This document shows positions 41,601-50,654 of a stretch of DNA of 64,000 bases, piece after piece. The position numbers were made by a program, and so were the translations under genes. The stretch's first letter is position 1. Each line of letters opens with the position of its first letter. The notes beneath the pieces were generated by a model that was not told where the DNA came from, did not search any database, and saw only the letters and a program-made list of their open reading frames with translations. This DNA is from an uncultured Chloroflexia bacterium (GTDB lineage Bacteria > Chloroflexota > Limnocylindria > Limnocylindrales > CSP1-4): positions 566,924-630,923 of the forward strand of contig CAVQKO010000014.1 in the NCBI GenBank assembly GCA_963713075.1, written 5' to 3'.

Positions 41601-42893
41601 TCAGCCCCGGAGCGCGCCCTCGAAGATGCGGAGCGCCTCCTCCACCTCGGGCACGGTCACGTCGAGCGGCGGGATCCAGCGGATCACCTGGTGCGCCATG
41701 CCGCACGAGAGGAGCAGCAGCCCCGCGTCGCGCGCCCGGTCGATGACCGCCTCCGCGGTCGCCCCGTCGGGGATGCGCGAATTGCGGTCCTTCACGAACT
41801 CGACGCCGATCATGAGGCCGCGGCCGCGCACGTCGCCGATCGCGGGCGTCTCGGCCATCAGCTCGCGCAGACCGCCGAGGAGCTCGGTGCCGCGTGCTCG
41901 GGCGTTGTCGAGCAGGCCCTCCTCGGCGATGGTCTCGAGCACCGCGACGCCAGCCGCGCAGGCCACCGGGTTGCCGCCGTACGTGGTCCCGTGGGCGCCC
42001 TTGCCCCACGCCTGCATCGTGTCCTTCGAGGCGACGATCGCCGAGAGCGGCAGGCCGTTGGCGATGGCCTTGGCCACGCACACCACGTCGGGCACGATGC
42101 CCGACTCCTCGAACGCCCACATGTCGCCCGTCCGGCCGTAGCCCGACTGGACCTCGTCGACGATCAGCAGGATCCCGTGCCGGGTGCAGCGCTCGCGGAG
42201 GCCCTGGAGGAACGCGGCCGGGGCCGGGTAGTAGCCGCCCTCGCCCTGGATCGGCTCGATCACCACGGCCGCCACCTCGTCGGGCGAGACCGTGGTCATG
42301 AGGAGGCCGTCGAAGTGCTTGAGCGAGTCGGCGACTGCGCGCTCCTCGTCGCCGCCGTAATAGCGGTACACCCCCGGGTAGACCGTCGTGTAGACCCCGG
42401 CCAGCAGCGGCTCGTACCCGCGGCGGTAGTTGAGGGACGAGGTCGTGACGCTCGTGGCGCCGATCGTCCGCCCGTGGAACGCACCGCGGAACGAGATGAT
42501 CGCGGGCCGACCGGTGACGCGGCGGGCGAGCTTGATGGCTCCGTCGATCGCCTCGGAGCCGGAGTTGAGGAACAGCACGCTGTTGAGCGGGTCCGGGAAC
42601 GTGTCGGCGAGCATCTGGGCGAGCGTCACCGTCGGCTCGCTGAAGCCGATCGCGTGGACCGGGCCCATCAGGCGGTCCACCTGCGCGTGGATGGCCGCGG
42701 TGACGCGGTGGTGCGTGTGGCCGAGCGCCGTGACCGCGATCCCGTTCGCGAAGTCGAGGTACTGGTTGCCCGCGGTGTCGTACAGGCGGTGGCCGATCCC
42801 GTGGGACCAGCTCTTGTCCATGTACCGGCCGAGGATCGGGCTGATGTTGGCGTCCGCCAGGGCGGCGAGGTCGAGCGCGTCAGAGGTGTCCAC
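41601..42893 (-). CDS. Class-III (GABA/ornithine-type) PLP aminotransferase
   Basis: C-terminal 430 aa of the 41601..43769 ORF. YLDFANGIAVTALGH, LNSGSEAIDGAIKLAR, IVDEVQSGYGRTG. Start proposed at GTG 42893 (VDTSDALDL); no strong RBS is present. Confidence 0.88.
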   Translation of the reverse strand: MDTSDALDLAALADANISPILGRYMDKSWSHGIGHRLYDTAGNQYLDFANGIAVTALGHTHHRVTAAIHAQVDRLMGPVHAIGFSEPTVTLAQMLADTFPDPLNSVLFLNSGSEAIDGAIKLARRVTGRPAIISFRGAFHGRTIGATSVTTSSLNYRRGYEPLLAGVYTTVYPGVYRYYGGDEERAVADSLKHFDGLLMTTVSPDEVAAVVIEPIQGEGGYYPAPAAFLQGLRERCTRHGILLIVDEVQSGYGRTGDMWAFEESGIVPDVVCVAKAIANGLPLSAIVASKDTMQAWGKGAHGTTYGGNPVACAAGVAVLETIAEEGLLDNARARGTELLGGLRELMAETPAIGDVRGRGLMIGVEFVKDRNSRIPDGATAEAVIDRARDAGLLLLSCGMAHQVIRWIPPLDVTVPEVEEALRIFEGALRG

Positions 42894-42958
42894 GGCCGGA
42901 GTATAGGAGCGGCCGGGGGCGCCCAGCCTGCCGCGGCCGCCGCCACCCCGGTGGGGCG

Positions 42959-44050
42959 TCAGGGGTGGATGCGCCAGACGTTCGTGCCTGCCGCGTCGAG
43001 GACCCAGACATCGCCGAACGCCGGCTCGGCAACAAACGGCCGGACTGCGTCGGGCAGCGTCCACGACGCCGTCACCGCACCGGAGGACAGGTCGAGCACG
43101 CGCACCGCGTGTGCCGCCCCGTCGGGGACCCAGGCGTCGCCCCCGATCACCGTGCCATCGAGCGGCTGGACCCAGCCGCCGACCGGCGGGCCCAGCGCCC
43201 CCGACGCAGGGTCCACACGCGCCACCGTGCCGGACACCTGGTCGGCGATCGCAAGGGTGCTGACGCCGTCGTCGACGAACCAGGTGGGCGCGCGGCCAGC
43301 CTCGACGGTCGCGAGCACGGCGCCGGTTCCCGGATCGACCGACCGCAGCGTGCCCTCGACGTTGTCGGCGACCCAGATCCGGTCGCCCACGAGGGCCAGC
43401 CCGGCCCCGGACGGTCCGATGGGAACGCGCATCGTCACGGCAGCCGTCGCCGCACTGATCCGCAGCAGCTGCCGGGCGTTCCTGTCCACGACCCAGACGT
43501 CGTCGCCGCGCACTTTGAGGTCCCACAGATCGGGTCCGAGGTCGGGGATGCTGTGGGCGACCTTGCCGGTCCTCGGGTCGAGCGAGACGACGCGGCCCGC
43601 ACCCAGGACGGCGATCCAGATCATGCCGCGGCTGTCGATGCCGATCCCACACGGGCTTCCGCCGATCTGGTACCGCTTGCTGACCGTGTTGGTCGCAGGG
43701 TCGATCCGGTCGACGGAGCCGCCGAAGCTGGTGACCCAGACGGCGGCCTTGCTCACCGCCATCGCGCACGGCCGAGTGTCGGTCGTGATCGTCGCGGCCA
43801 GCCGGTCGCCGAGCGGCATCGCCGACGGTGCGGCGGTGGACGGCGCGGTGGTGGAGGGTGCGGTGGTCGGCGGTGCGCCCGTCGTGGGGGCCGCGGTCGG
43901 CGCAGGTGAAGGCGCGGGGGACGTGGGGCCAGCGGCCGGAGGCGCGGAGGGGACGACGGTTGGCGGGCTGGCCTGGCCGGCGCTGCAGCCTGCCAGCACG
44001 AGGGCAAGGGTGAGCCGAGCGGCGGCTCGACCCGCGGTACGGGACGCCAT
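42959..44050 (-). CDS. Lipoprotein with Pro/Thr/Ala linker and beta-propeller-like repeats (YVTN/NHL-like)
   Basis: MASRTAGRAAARLTLALVLAGC (lipobox LAGC), a P/T/A-rich linker, then repeated (V/I)W(V/I)...D-type blades (VWVTSFGGSVDRIDP; IWIAVLGAGRVVSLDP; VWVVDRNARQLLRI; IWVADNVEGTLRSVDP). Only the last 363 aa of the 1097-aa track ORF look real. Confidence 0.75.
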   Translation of the reverse strand: MASRTAGRAAARLTLALVLAGCSAGQASPPTVVPSAPPAAGPTSPAPSPAPTAAPTTGAPPTTAPSTTAPSTAAPSAMPLGDRLAATITTDTRPCAMAVSKAAVWVTSFGGSVDRIDPATNTVSKRYQIGGSPCGIGIDSRGMIWIAVLGAGRVVSLDPRTGKVAHSIPDLGPDLWDLKVRGDDVWVVDRNARQLLRISAATAAVTMRVPIGPSGAGLALVGDRIWVADNVEGTLRSVDPGTGAVLATVEAGRAPTWFVDDGVSTLAIADQVSGTVARVDPASGALGPPVGGWVQPLDGTVIGGDAWVPDGAAHAVRVLDLSSGAVTASWTLPDAVRPFVAEPAFGDVWVLDAAGTNVWRIHP

Positions 44051-44068
44051 GGGCCGATACTTAGCGCC

Positions 44069-45619
44069 ATGACTGGATCGCCGGCAAGGGCCAGATCTCG
44101 ACGCCACGATAGGGCCAGAGCAGCGGTCCCCGCCGTCGCTGGGGTCGCGTGGCTGCGAGCCCAGGCGGGTGCCGAGGACGGCGCGGGGACGCTGCGGTCG
44201 GGGATCGAGACGCGCATCCGTGCCGCGGTGGCCTCCGGTCGCCTCGCGCCCGGCGCGTGGCTGCCGGGCGCCCGATCGCTCGCGCGCGAGCTCGGGGTCG
44301 CCAGGATCACCGTGGTCACCGCGTACGAGCAGCTGGTCGCGGAGGGCTATCTCGAGCCGGTGCCGCGCCGGGGCACCCGTGTGGTCCCGGACCTGCCCGA
44401 CGCGGGGTTCGCCAGGCTGCACCCGGAGCGGGGGGCGGACGAGGGCAGCCTCCCGTCGCTGAACCCGTGGGCCCCGACCGCCCCGGTCACGATGGAGGGC
44501 CAGGTCCCCGACGACCCGCTCGACCTCGGCCCCGAGGGCTTCACGCTGCACGGGTTCGACGGGCGATCGTGGGAGCGCTACCTCGTTTCGGCGTGGCGCG
44601 AGCTGAGCGCCGAGCCGAACGGCGGGGCCGTCTCGTACTTCGGCGGCCTGGGCGACCCGGTGCTCCGGGACGCACTGGCGCGCTACCTGACGCTGCAGCG
44701 GGGCGTCCCCGCCCGCGCCGACCAGGTCGCGATCAGCGCCGGCGCGACGGCCGCGTTCTCCGCGATCGCCCGGACGTGGCTCGGACCCGGCCGGCGCTGC
44801 GTCATCGAGGATCCCGGCGGCGCGCAGCTCCGGCGGAGCCTGGCCTCGAGCGGTGCGGAGCTCATCCCCGCGCCTGTGGATTCCGCGGGGCTCGACCCAG
44901 CGGGTCTGCCGGACCGGGCCGACGTCCTGTTCGTGACGCCGAGCTGGCAGTACCCGGCCGGAGGACGGCTGCCGCTCGCCCGGCGACTCGCCCTGCTTGA
45001 GTGGGCGCGCCGCGCGCGGTGCGTGATCATCGAGGACGACTGCGAGAGCGAGCTGCGCTACCAGGGCGAGCCGCTGCCCACGCTCCACGGGCTGGGCGAG
45101 ATCGGTCGCGTGGTCTACGTCAACACCTTCAGCAAGGTGCTCTTCCCCGGGCTGCGAACCGGCTACGTCGTGGTGCCCGACCAGCACCGCGGTCCGCTGC
45201 TGGCCGCCCTCGAGGCGGGGGCCCGCCCACCCGGGGCCATCGAGCAGCGGGCCCTTGGCCGGTACATCGAGCGCGGCGCCTTCGTCCGGCACCTCCGACG
45301 GCTGCGTGCCGAGCTGGCGGCCCGGCGGGCAGCGTTTGCCGACGAGCTGGCCCGCATCGCGCCTGGACGTCTGGCGGTGCGGCCCGGGGAGGGCGGTGCA
45401 CACCTGATCGTCGACCTGCTGGGCCCGGACCTCACCGGGCGGTCGCTGGTCCGGTCGGCGGCGGCGCTGGGGTTGCGGATCGAGCCGCTGGTGGCAAACC
45501 GCATGCGGCCCGCGCCGGCGGCGGATGACACGGCGGTGGTCGTCTACTTGGCCCGCGCGGACGTCGCGACGGCCCGGCGGGCCGCAAGCCTGCTCGCGGA
45601 GGCGGCCCGCGCGCGCTGA
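44069..45619 (+). CDS. MocR/GabR-family regulator (GntR HTH fused to a fold-type-I aminotransferase-like domain)
   Basis: LPGARSLARELGVARITVVTAYEQLVAEGYLE (GntR wHTH) plus an aminotransferase-like C-terminal domain (YVNTFSKVLFPGLRTGY carries the PLP lysine). The start is uncertain, since only 18 bp separate it from the divergent lipoprotein ATG. Confidence 0.85.
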   Translation: MTGSPARARSRRHDRARAAVPAVAGVAWLRAQAGAEDGAGTLRSGIETRIRAAVASGRLAPGAWLPGARSLARELGVARITVVTAYEQLVAEGYLEPVPRRGTRVVPDLPDAGFARLHPERGADEGSLPSLNPWAPTAPVTMEGQVPDDPLDLGPEGFTLHGFDGRSWERYLVSAWRELSAEPNGGAVSYFGGLGDPVLRDALARYLTLQRGVPARADQVAISAGATAAFSAIARTWLGPGRRCVIEDPGGAQLRRSLASSGAELIPAPVDSAGLDPAGLPDRADVLFVTPSWQYPAGGRLPLARRLALLEWARRARCVIIEDDCESELRYQGEPLPTLHGLGEIGRVVYVNTFSKVLFPGLRTGYVVVPDQHRGPLLAALEAGARPPGAIEQRALGRYIERGAFVRHLRRLRAELAARRAAFADELARIAPGRLAVRPGEGGAHLIVDLLGPDLTGRSLVRSAAALGLRIEPLVANRMRPAPAADDTAVVVYLARADVATARRAASLLAEAARAR

Positions 45620-45624
45620 CGGCG

Positions 45625-45684
45625 CCCGCCGCCGGGCCCGGTGCCCGGCTCCCGCCGCCGGGCCCGGTGCCCGGCTCCCGCCGC
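45625..45684 (+). repeat. Perfect 26-bp tandem duplication (2.3 copies); each copy encodes a GC hairpin
   Basis: CCCGCCGCCGGGCCCGGTGCCCGGCT at 45625-45650 is repeated exactly at 45651-45676, with a partial third copy. Each unit contains GCCGGGC ccggt GCCCGGC. It lies immediately after the MocR stop. Confidence 0.9.
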
Positions 45685-45699
45685 GGGGGCCCGCCCGCC

Positions 45700-46215
45700 G
45701 GGAGCATCGCCGGGGGAGGGTGCGGCGGGCAGAAGTGGTGCGCTCGCGACCATTTGCGAATCGCGGAACCATTTCGGCCGCCCGCGGCCGCCCGCGTCGT
45801 TCCGCAATTCGCGGCCAAACGCGGCGCTCTGGTGGCGAGGACGCCCGGCGCCACGCCGGCCACGTGCAACCGGGCCGGAGCCCGCGCCGCCGGGCGGTAG
45901 CATGGCCGGACCAACCGCCCCGACCTCCCGCGGGGCGCCGCCGCCCGCGCCGCCGCCCGCGCAGCCCCGGAAGGTTCCGCGTTTCGTGAACGACCCCGAA
46001 TCCGCCAGATTCTCGACATTGCTGCCGGCGCGCCGTGCGGCGAAACGACAGGTGGTCGGGCGGGCGCCGGGCACCCCCGCCGGGCGGGCCACCCCGCCGG
46101 GCGCCGGATTCCGGGCGGTTCGCGAATCCCGGAACGACCGCGGGCGGATGCGGCCGCGGGAGTGCAGCGCAACAACAGTGGGACGCCCCGCGCCCGGCGG
46201 TAGCATGGCTGCAGG
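45700..46215. repeat. Repeat-rich non-coding region with two recurring element types
   Basis: Type X: G(G/T)AGCAT(C/G)GC at 45700, 45896 and 46199. After the last two copies there are shared blocks TAGCATGGC / CCGCCCCGA / GGGGCGCCG. Type Y: (T)GCGAAT(N)CGGAAC-like sites at 45753-45770 (+), 45799-45814 (inverted), 45973-45992 (degenerate, inverted) and 46117-46136 (+). Confidence 0.7.
46201..46206 (+). promoter_or_regulatory. Candidate -10 element (TAGCAT) for the acyl-CoA dehydrogenase gene
   Basis: GGTAGCATGG lies 67 nt upstream of the GTG at 46273. An identical GGTAGCATGG at 45896-45905 has no ORF behind it. Confidence 0.3.
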
Positions 46216-46272
46216 GACCGCCCCGAGAAGGCCCGGGGCGCCGAAGCCGCAAAGCCCGAGGCGCACACGATC

Positions 46273-47475
46273 GTGATCGACTTCACCCTGACTGACGAGA
46301 ACAGGCTCGTCCGCGACGCCGCGCGGGCGTTCGTCGAGGCCGAGATCCTGCCCTACATCCGCGAGTGGGACGCGAACGGCGAGACCCACCGCGAGGTGTT
46401 CGCCAAGATGGGCGAGCTCGGGTTCCTGGGCGCCCCGATCCCGGAGCAGTACGGCGGCTCGGGCATGGACTACGTGAGCTTCGCGATCCTGTGCGAGGAG
46501 CTCGAGCGCGCGGACACGGCCTTCCGGGTCGTGCAGAGCGTCCACGTGGGGCTGAACAGCCTGACCCTGCTCCAGTGGGCCACCGAGGAGCAGAAGCAGC
46601 GCTGGCTCGTGCCGCAGGCGAAGGGCGAGAAGCTGGCCACGTTCGGCCTGACCGAGCCCGGGGTGGGCACCGACGCCGGCAACCTCGCCACGACGGCGCG
46701 GCGCGACGGCAACAGCTACGTGCTCAACGGCGGCAAGATCTGGATCAGCCTGGCGGACCTCGCCGACCACTTCCTCGTGTTCGCCTCGGTGGACCGCGCC
46801 CAGAAGCACAAGGGCATCACGGCGTTCGTGGTGGAGCGGGGGATGGCCGGCCTGACCACGGGCACCCTCCACGGGAAGATGGGCATCCGGGCCGGCAACA
46901 CCGGGCTCGTCAACTTCGAGAACGTGCGAGTGCCGGCCGAGAACCGGATCGGCGAGGAGGGCGAGGGCTTCCTCATCGCGATGAGCGCGATCGACCAGGG
47001 GCGCTTCACGGTCGCGGCGGGCGCCGTCGGCCTGGCCCAGGCCTGCCTCGACGCATCGCTCAAGTACGCCCACGAGCGCCACACCTTCGACCAGGAGATC
47101 GGGCAGCACCAGCTGGTCAAGCAGATGATCGCGAACATGGCCAAGGGCACCGAGATCGGCCGGCTCCTCGTCTGGCAGGCGGCGGCGCTCAAGAACCGCG
47201 GCGTGCGCAACACGCGCGAGACCTCGCTCGCCAAGTGGCACGCGACCGACCACTCGGTCCAGGCCGCGCTCGACGCCATCCAGATCCACGGCGCCAACGG
47301 CTACTCCAACGAGTTCCCGGTGGAGCGCTACCTGCGCAACTCGAAGGCCGCGGTGATCTACGAGGGCACGAGCCAGCTGCACACGCTCATCCAGGCCGAC
47401 TACGCGCTCGGCTACCGCCACGACCGCGCGCTGCGCTGCGAGCCGTGGCCGGCGCAGGGGTTCGAGCGGGGCTGA
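46273..47475 (+). CDS. Acyl-CoA dehydrogenase
   Basis: 400-aa ORF. FGLTEPGVGTDAG, KIWISLADLADHFLVFA, and C-terminal IYEGTSQLH motifs typical of the ACAD family. Confidence 0.95.
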   Translation: MIDFTLTDENRLVRDAARAFVEAEILPYIREWDANGETHREVFAKMGELGFLGAPIPEQYGGSGMDYVSFAILCEELERADTAFRVVQSVHVGLNSLTLLQWATEEQKQRWLVPQAKGEKLATFGLTEPGVGTDAGNLATTARRDGNSYVLNGGKIWISLADLADHFLVFASVDRAQKHKGITAFVVERGMAGLTTGTLHGKMGIRAGNTGLVNFENVRVPAENRIGEEGEGFLIAMSAIDQGRFTVAAGAVGLAQACLDASLKYAHERHTFDQEIGQHQLVKQMIANMAKGTEIGRLLVWQAAALKNRGVRNTRETSLAKWHATDHSVQAALDAIQIHGANGYSNEFPVERYLRNSKAAVIYEGTSQLHTLIQADYALGYRHDRALRCEPWPAQGFERG

Positions 47476-47527
47476 GTCCCGCAGGGCGGGGGCCAGCGAG
47501 CCGGGGACCCGAGACCTCGACGCGACG

Positions 47528-48826
47528 TCAGGCGTGGGTCGTCGCGCCCGGGCGGGACGACCGCTTGGCGTTCTTCTCCTCGTAGAGCAGGCGGTCCGCC
47601 TCGGCAAGGGCGTCACCAATCTCCGCGCCTGTCGCGGCGACGCCGGCGCCGATCGAGGCGCTGACCGCGATCCCGCCGTCCAGTGGCGGCGCGGCCGCGA
47701 GCCTGCGCCGAACCGCATCGGCCACCTGCTCGGCGTCGCGGGCGATCTCGCCGGGCAGCAGGATGCCGAACTCGTCGCCGCCCAGGCGCGCCGCGAGCGC
47801 CCCGTCGACCTTGGGCGTGACCTGCCGCACGGCGTCGGCGACGGCCGTCAGGAGCCGATCCCCGGTCTCGTGACCGAGGAGGTCGTTGGCCGCCTTGAGG
47901 CCGTCCACGTCGGCGAACACGATGCCGGTCGGCTGCTCCGACGTGCGGCGGGCCGCGATCGCCTCCTCCCAGGCGAGCCGGTTGCGCAGGCCCGTCAGGA
48001 CATCGAGGCGTGCCTGGTCGGCCGCTGCGTTGACCGCGACGCCGAGCACTACCGTTCGGCTGATGTGCCGCTGGCGGTCCCGCTGCAGCATCGCCAGGAG
48101 GGCGATCGGCGGCCCGAGGAACACGAGCGCGGCCGCCGTGCCCGGCCACGCCAGCGCTGAGGCCAGGCCCACGGGAGCCAGCAGCACGTCTGCCGAGAAC
48201 GTGAACCGAAGCGCTGCGGCGAGCTGCCGCGTGGGCACGCCGAGGCCCCACGAATTGCGGACCCATGACGCCGCGGCATCGCAGCCCAGCTGCGCCGCGA
48301 GCGCGAGCAGGTACACCGGGAGGCCGGCGAGGTCGGGCCGGGTCACGTGCGCGGCGGCGAACACTGCGGCCGGGCCCATCGCATGCCACGCCGAGCCGAC
48401 GAGCACGGGCAGCCGCTCGCGCCGCGACGGGTCGCGCAGGCGCGCGATCGTCGCAGCGATGATCAGGCCAGCCGCCGCCATCGCGGGCACCAACTGCGGA
48501 GGGAGCACGAACAGCGCGACGACAAGGACCGGGGTGGTCGGCAGCGCCGAGCCCGGGCCGATCTCGAACTCGATCGACGACGCGATCGTGTGGGCGACGA
48601 CGCAGGCGACGAAGGGGAGGAGCGCCGCGCCGGTCGGGGGCGCCAGCAGCAGCCACGCGGCGAGGGCCGCCGCGAACGAGCCGCCGGTCAGCAGCCCCGA
48701 CCAGCGGTCTGGCGGGGCCAGCTCGCCGCGGGCTCGGCTCCGCGTCGCGCCGACGAGCAGGGCTGCGTCAACCGCCTCCTCGAGCGCTGCGGGGTCGGGA
48801 CCCGAGTCAGGCGCAGTCGGGCGCAT
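47528..48826 (-). CDS. Membrane-anchored diguanylate cyclase (GGDEF domain)
   Basis: 432-aa ORF. N-terminal multi-TM domain. LTGLRNRLAW...VFADVDGLKAANDLLGHETGD...RLGGDEFGILLPG. Confidence 0.9.
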   Translation of the reverse strand: MRPTAPDSGPDPAALEEAVDAALLVGATRSRARGELAPPDRWSGLLTGGSFAAALAAWLLLAPPTGAALLPFVACVVAHTIASSIEFEIGPGSALPTTPVLVVALFVLPPQLVPAMAAAGLIIAATIARLRDPSRRERLPVLVGSAWHAMGPAAVFAAAHVTRPDLAGLPVYLLALAAQLGCDAAASWVRNSWGLGVPTRQLAAALRFTFSADVLLAPVGLASALAWPGTAAALVFLGPPIALLAMLQRDRQRHISRTVVLGVAVNAAADQARLDVLTGLRNRLAWEEAIAARRTSEQPTGIVFADVDGLKAANDLLGHETGDRLLTAVADAVRQVTPKVDGALAARLGGDEFGILLPGEIARDAEQVADAVRRRLAAAPPLDGGIAVSASIGAGVAATGAEIGDALAEADRLLYEEKNAKRSSRPGATTHA

Positions 48827-48897
48827 GTGCCGAGCCTGCCACGACGCTCAGGCCCCTCGCGGCCCGAGCGTCGTCGACATGCGTGACCGGATCGGGG

Positions 48898-49587
48898 TCA
48901 GTAGGACTTGAATGGGTCGACGGTGACGTCGTCGGCATACCAGGTGGCCGCGCTGCCCCGAGTGGACAGCGTGATCGTCAGCTCCTCGGTCTTGCCGCCG
49001 TTGAAGACCTTCGGGATGGCGAGGGTTGGCGTCGGCTGCCAGCCGGCCGGCCAGGCGTCGGCGTTGAGGTCCCACGCGAAGTAGCCGAGCGCACCGTTGG
49101 TCGGGTTGCGGACCACCACGTCGACGTGGAGGATCGCGCCCATCACCTTCGGGTTGTACGCGAACAGCCGGATCTTGTCCTCGCCCGTCGACACGCACAG
49201 CGTCCGCGACTCGGCGGAGGCGCCCTGCCCGAGGCGCAGCGACTTGGCGTCGCCGGAACCGACCACGCGATAGCTCTCGTTGCCCGCCACGACAGCCGCC
49301 GGGCCATTGAGCCGCCAATCGGTGGCGCCACTCTCGAAGCCGCCGTTCGAGACGCGGAAGTAGCCGTTCGTGTCGCCCCACTGCCTGTAGAACTGGCCGA
49401 CCGCCCGGCCAGTGCACGACAGGGCGGTGCCGTAGGCCATCGTCCTCGGGGCGCCCCCGGCAAAGACCACGGTTCCGAGGATGAGCGAGGCGCCCAGCAT
49501 CCCCCAGAGGCGGGTGAAGGCGCGGGTGCGGATGCGGGTGCGGTCGTCCCGCGACGCGTCGGCGCGCACGGCCAGGATCAAGCTCAT
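48898..49587 (-). CDS. Secreted hypothetical protein, possibly a jelly-roll/CBM-like fold
   Basis: 229-aa ORF. Signal-like MLGASLILGTVVFAGGAPRTMA, then a mature part rich in N/G/W/Y (NGGFESGATDWRLNG resembles CBM4/9-type modules). The start may be the internal ATG near 49500. Confidence 0.65.
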   Translation of the reverse strand: MSLILAVRADASRDDRTRIRTRAFTRLWGMLGASLILGTVVFAGGAPRTMAYGTALSCTGRAVGQFYRQWGDTNGYFRVSNGGFESGATDWRLNGPAAVVAGNESYRVVGSGDAKSLRLGQGASAESRTLCVSTGEDKIRLFAYNPKVMGAILHVDVVVRNPTNGALGYFAWDLNADAWPAGWQPTPTLAIPKVFNGGKTEELTITLSTRGSAATWYADDVTVDPFKSY

Positions 49588-49868
49588 GCCGGTTTCCTCG
49601 ACATAGGAAGGGCTGGAGCCATTCGGCCTGGCAACCGGGCGGTCTCTCGGGGCCGGTCGGAGAGATCCCTGGCTTTGCGTCCCCGCCTCGCGACGAGTTT
49701 GCTAGGAGCGGGCCTGGCGGCGGGATACGGCTGTCGTTCCCTACCTCGGACCCTACCCCCTTAGTAGGATCCTTACGTATGGCCCGGTGGTACCACCGCG
49801 GAGGACCCGGAAAGGGGAGGTTCCGGGGTGCACCACGCCGGCCGGCGCGTCCGCCGGGCGCTCCGCGC

Positions 49869-50654
49869 TCAGGCCGCCCAGCCCGCGGCCGTCGGGCGGC
49901 ACACCTTGCACGGCCGGTAGCCGCGCGCCCCGGCCTCGCGGAGCGAATGGAAGCTCACCTTGTGGCGAGGCGTCACGCGCTTCGCGTGGCGGCACGTTGG
50001 CCAGCACACGATGTGCGTGGTGTCCGACCCGACCAGGCGCTCGCCGCGGCGGGCGGCGCCCTCGAGCTCGGCTGGGTCGAGGCCCTCCGCGGCCAGGATC
50101 GCCCGCTTGTTGTGCGGCCCGCCCAGCGAGTAGTTGCCGATCAGCCCGTCGGAGCGCACGACGCGGTGGCACGGGACCACGAGCGGCACCGGGTTGTGGC
50201 CGAGCGCGGTGCCCACGGCGCGGACCGCCTTGGGCCGGCCGATCTCGGACGCGATCCAGCCGTAGGGCCGGACCTCGCCGAACGGGATCTCGAGTGCCTT
50301 CGTCCAGACCGCCACCTCGAACGGCGTGCGGCCGCGCAGGTCGAGCCGGATCGGGACGCGGCGGTCGCCCGCCAGGCGTCGGGACACGGCACGGGCGAGT
50401 GCCGGCGGCAGCGCGTCGGCGAGCAGCGTGCGGCGGCCGGCCTGCGCCTGGTGCTCGACGGCGATCGCCAGTCCGTCCTCGCCCAGGCCCACGCTGGCGA
50501 CGCCGCGCCCGTTCCACGCGACCCAGAGCGTGCCGATCGGCGACGGCAGGGCCGCGATTCGGTCGACGAGGCCGACCTCGACCAGGACGTCGTCGGCCAG
50601 GGTGGCGGGCGCGGGATCCGCGAGCGCGGTCAGCTGCGCGCGATCGGTGGTCAT
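49869..50654 (-). CDS. Methylated-DNA-protein-cysteine methyltransferase (Ogt/MGMT core) fused to a C-terminal Ada-type Cys4 zinc domain
   Basis: PFEVAVWTKALEIPFGEVRPYGWIA...NPVPLVVPCHRVV (PCHR active site). C-terminus VCWPTCRHAKRVTPRHKVSFHSLREAGARGYRPCKVCRP aligns Cys for Cys with E. coli Ada residues CRPSCR...FRPCKRCQP (from memory). ATGA overlap with the sigma factor stop (50651-50654). Confidence 0.88.
   Translation of the reverse strand: MTTDRAQLTALADPAPATLADDVLVEVGLVDRIAALPSPIGTLWVAWNGRGVASVGLGEDGLAIAVEHQAQAGRRTLLADALPPALARAVSRRLAGDRRVPIRLDLRGRTPFEVAVWTKALEIPFGEVRPYGWIASEIGRPKAVRAVGTALGHNPVPLVVPCHRVVRSDGLIGNYSLGGPHNKRAILAAEGLDPAELEGAARRGERLVGSDTTHIVCWPTCRHAKRVTPRHKVSFHSLREAGARGYRPCKVCRPTAAGWAA

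Noticed and set aside
45625-45684. 26-bp tandem repeat as a CRISPR array
   Set aside because: There are only 2.3 directly abutting copies with no spacers and no cas genes. It behaves as a simple tandem duplication of a hairpin.
44051-46252. Upstream 730 aa of the 1097-aa minus-strand ORF 42959..46252
   Set aside because: Only the last 363 aa (from MASRTAG with a lipobox) look like a protein. The rest is Arg/Pro/Gly-rich, overlaps the MocR gene antisense, and runs through the repeat-rich intergenic region.
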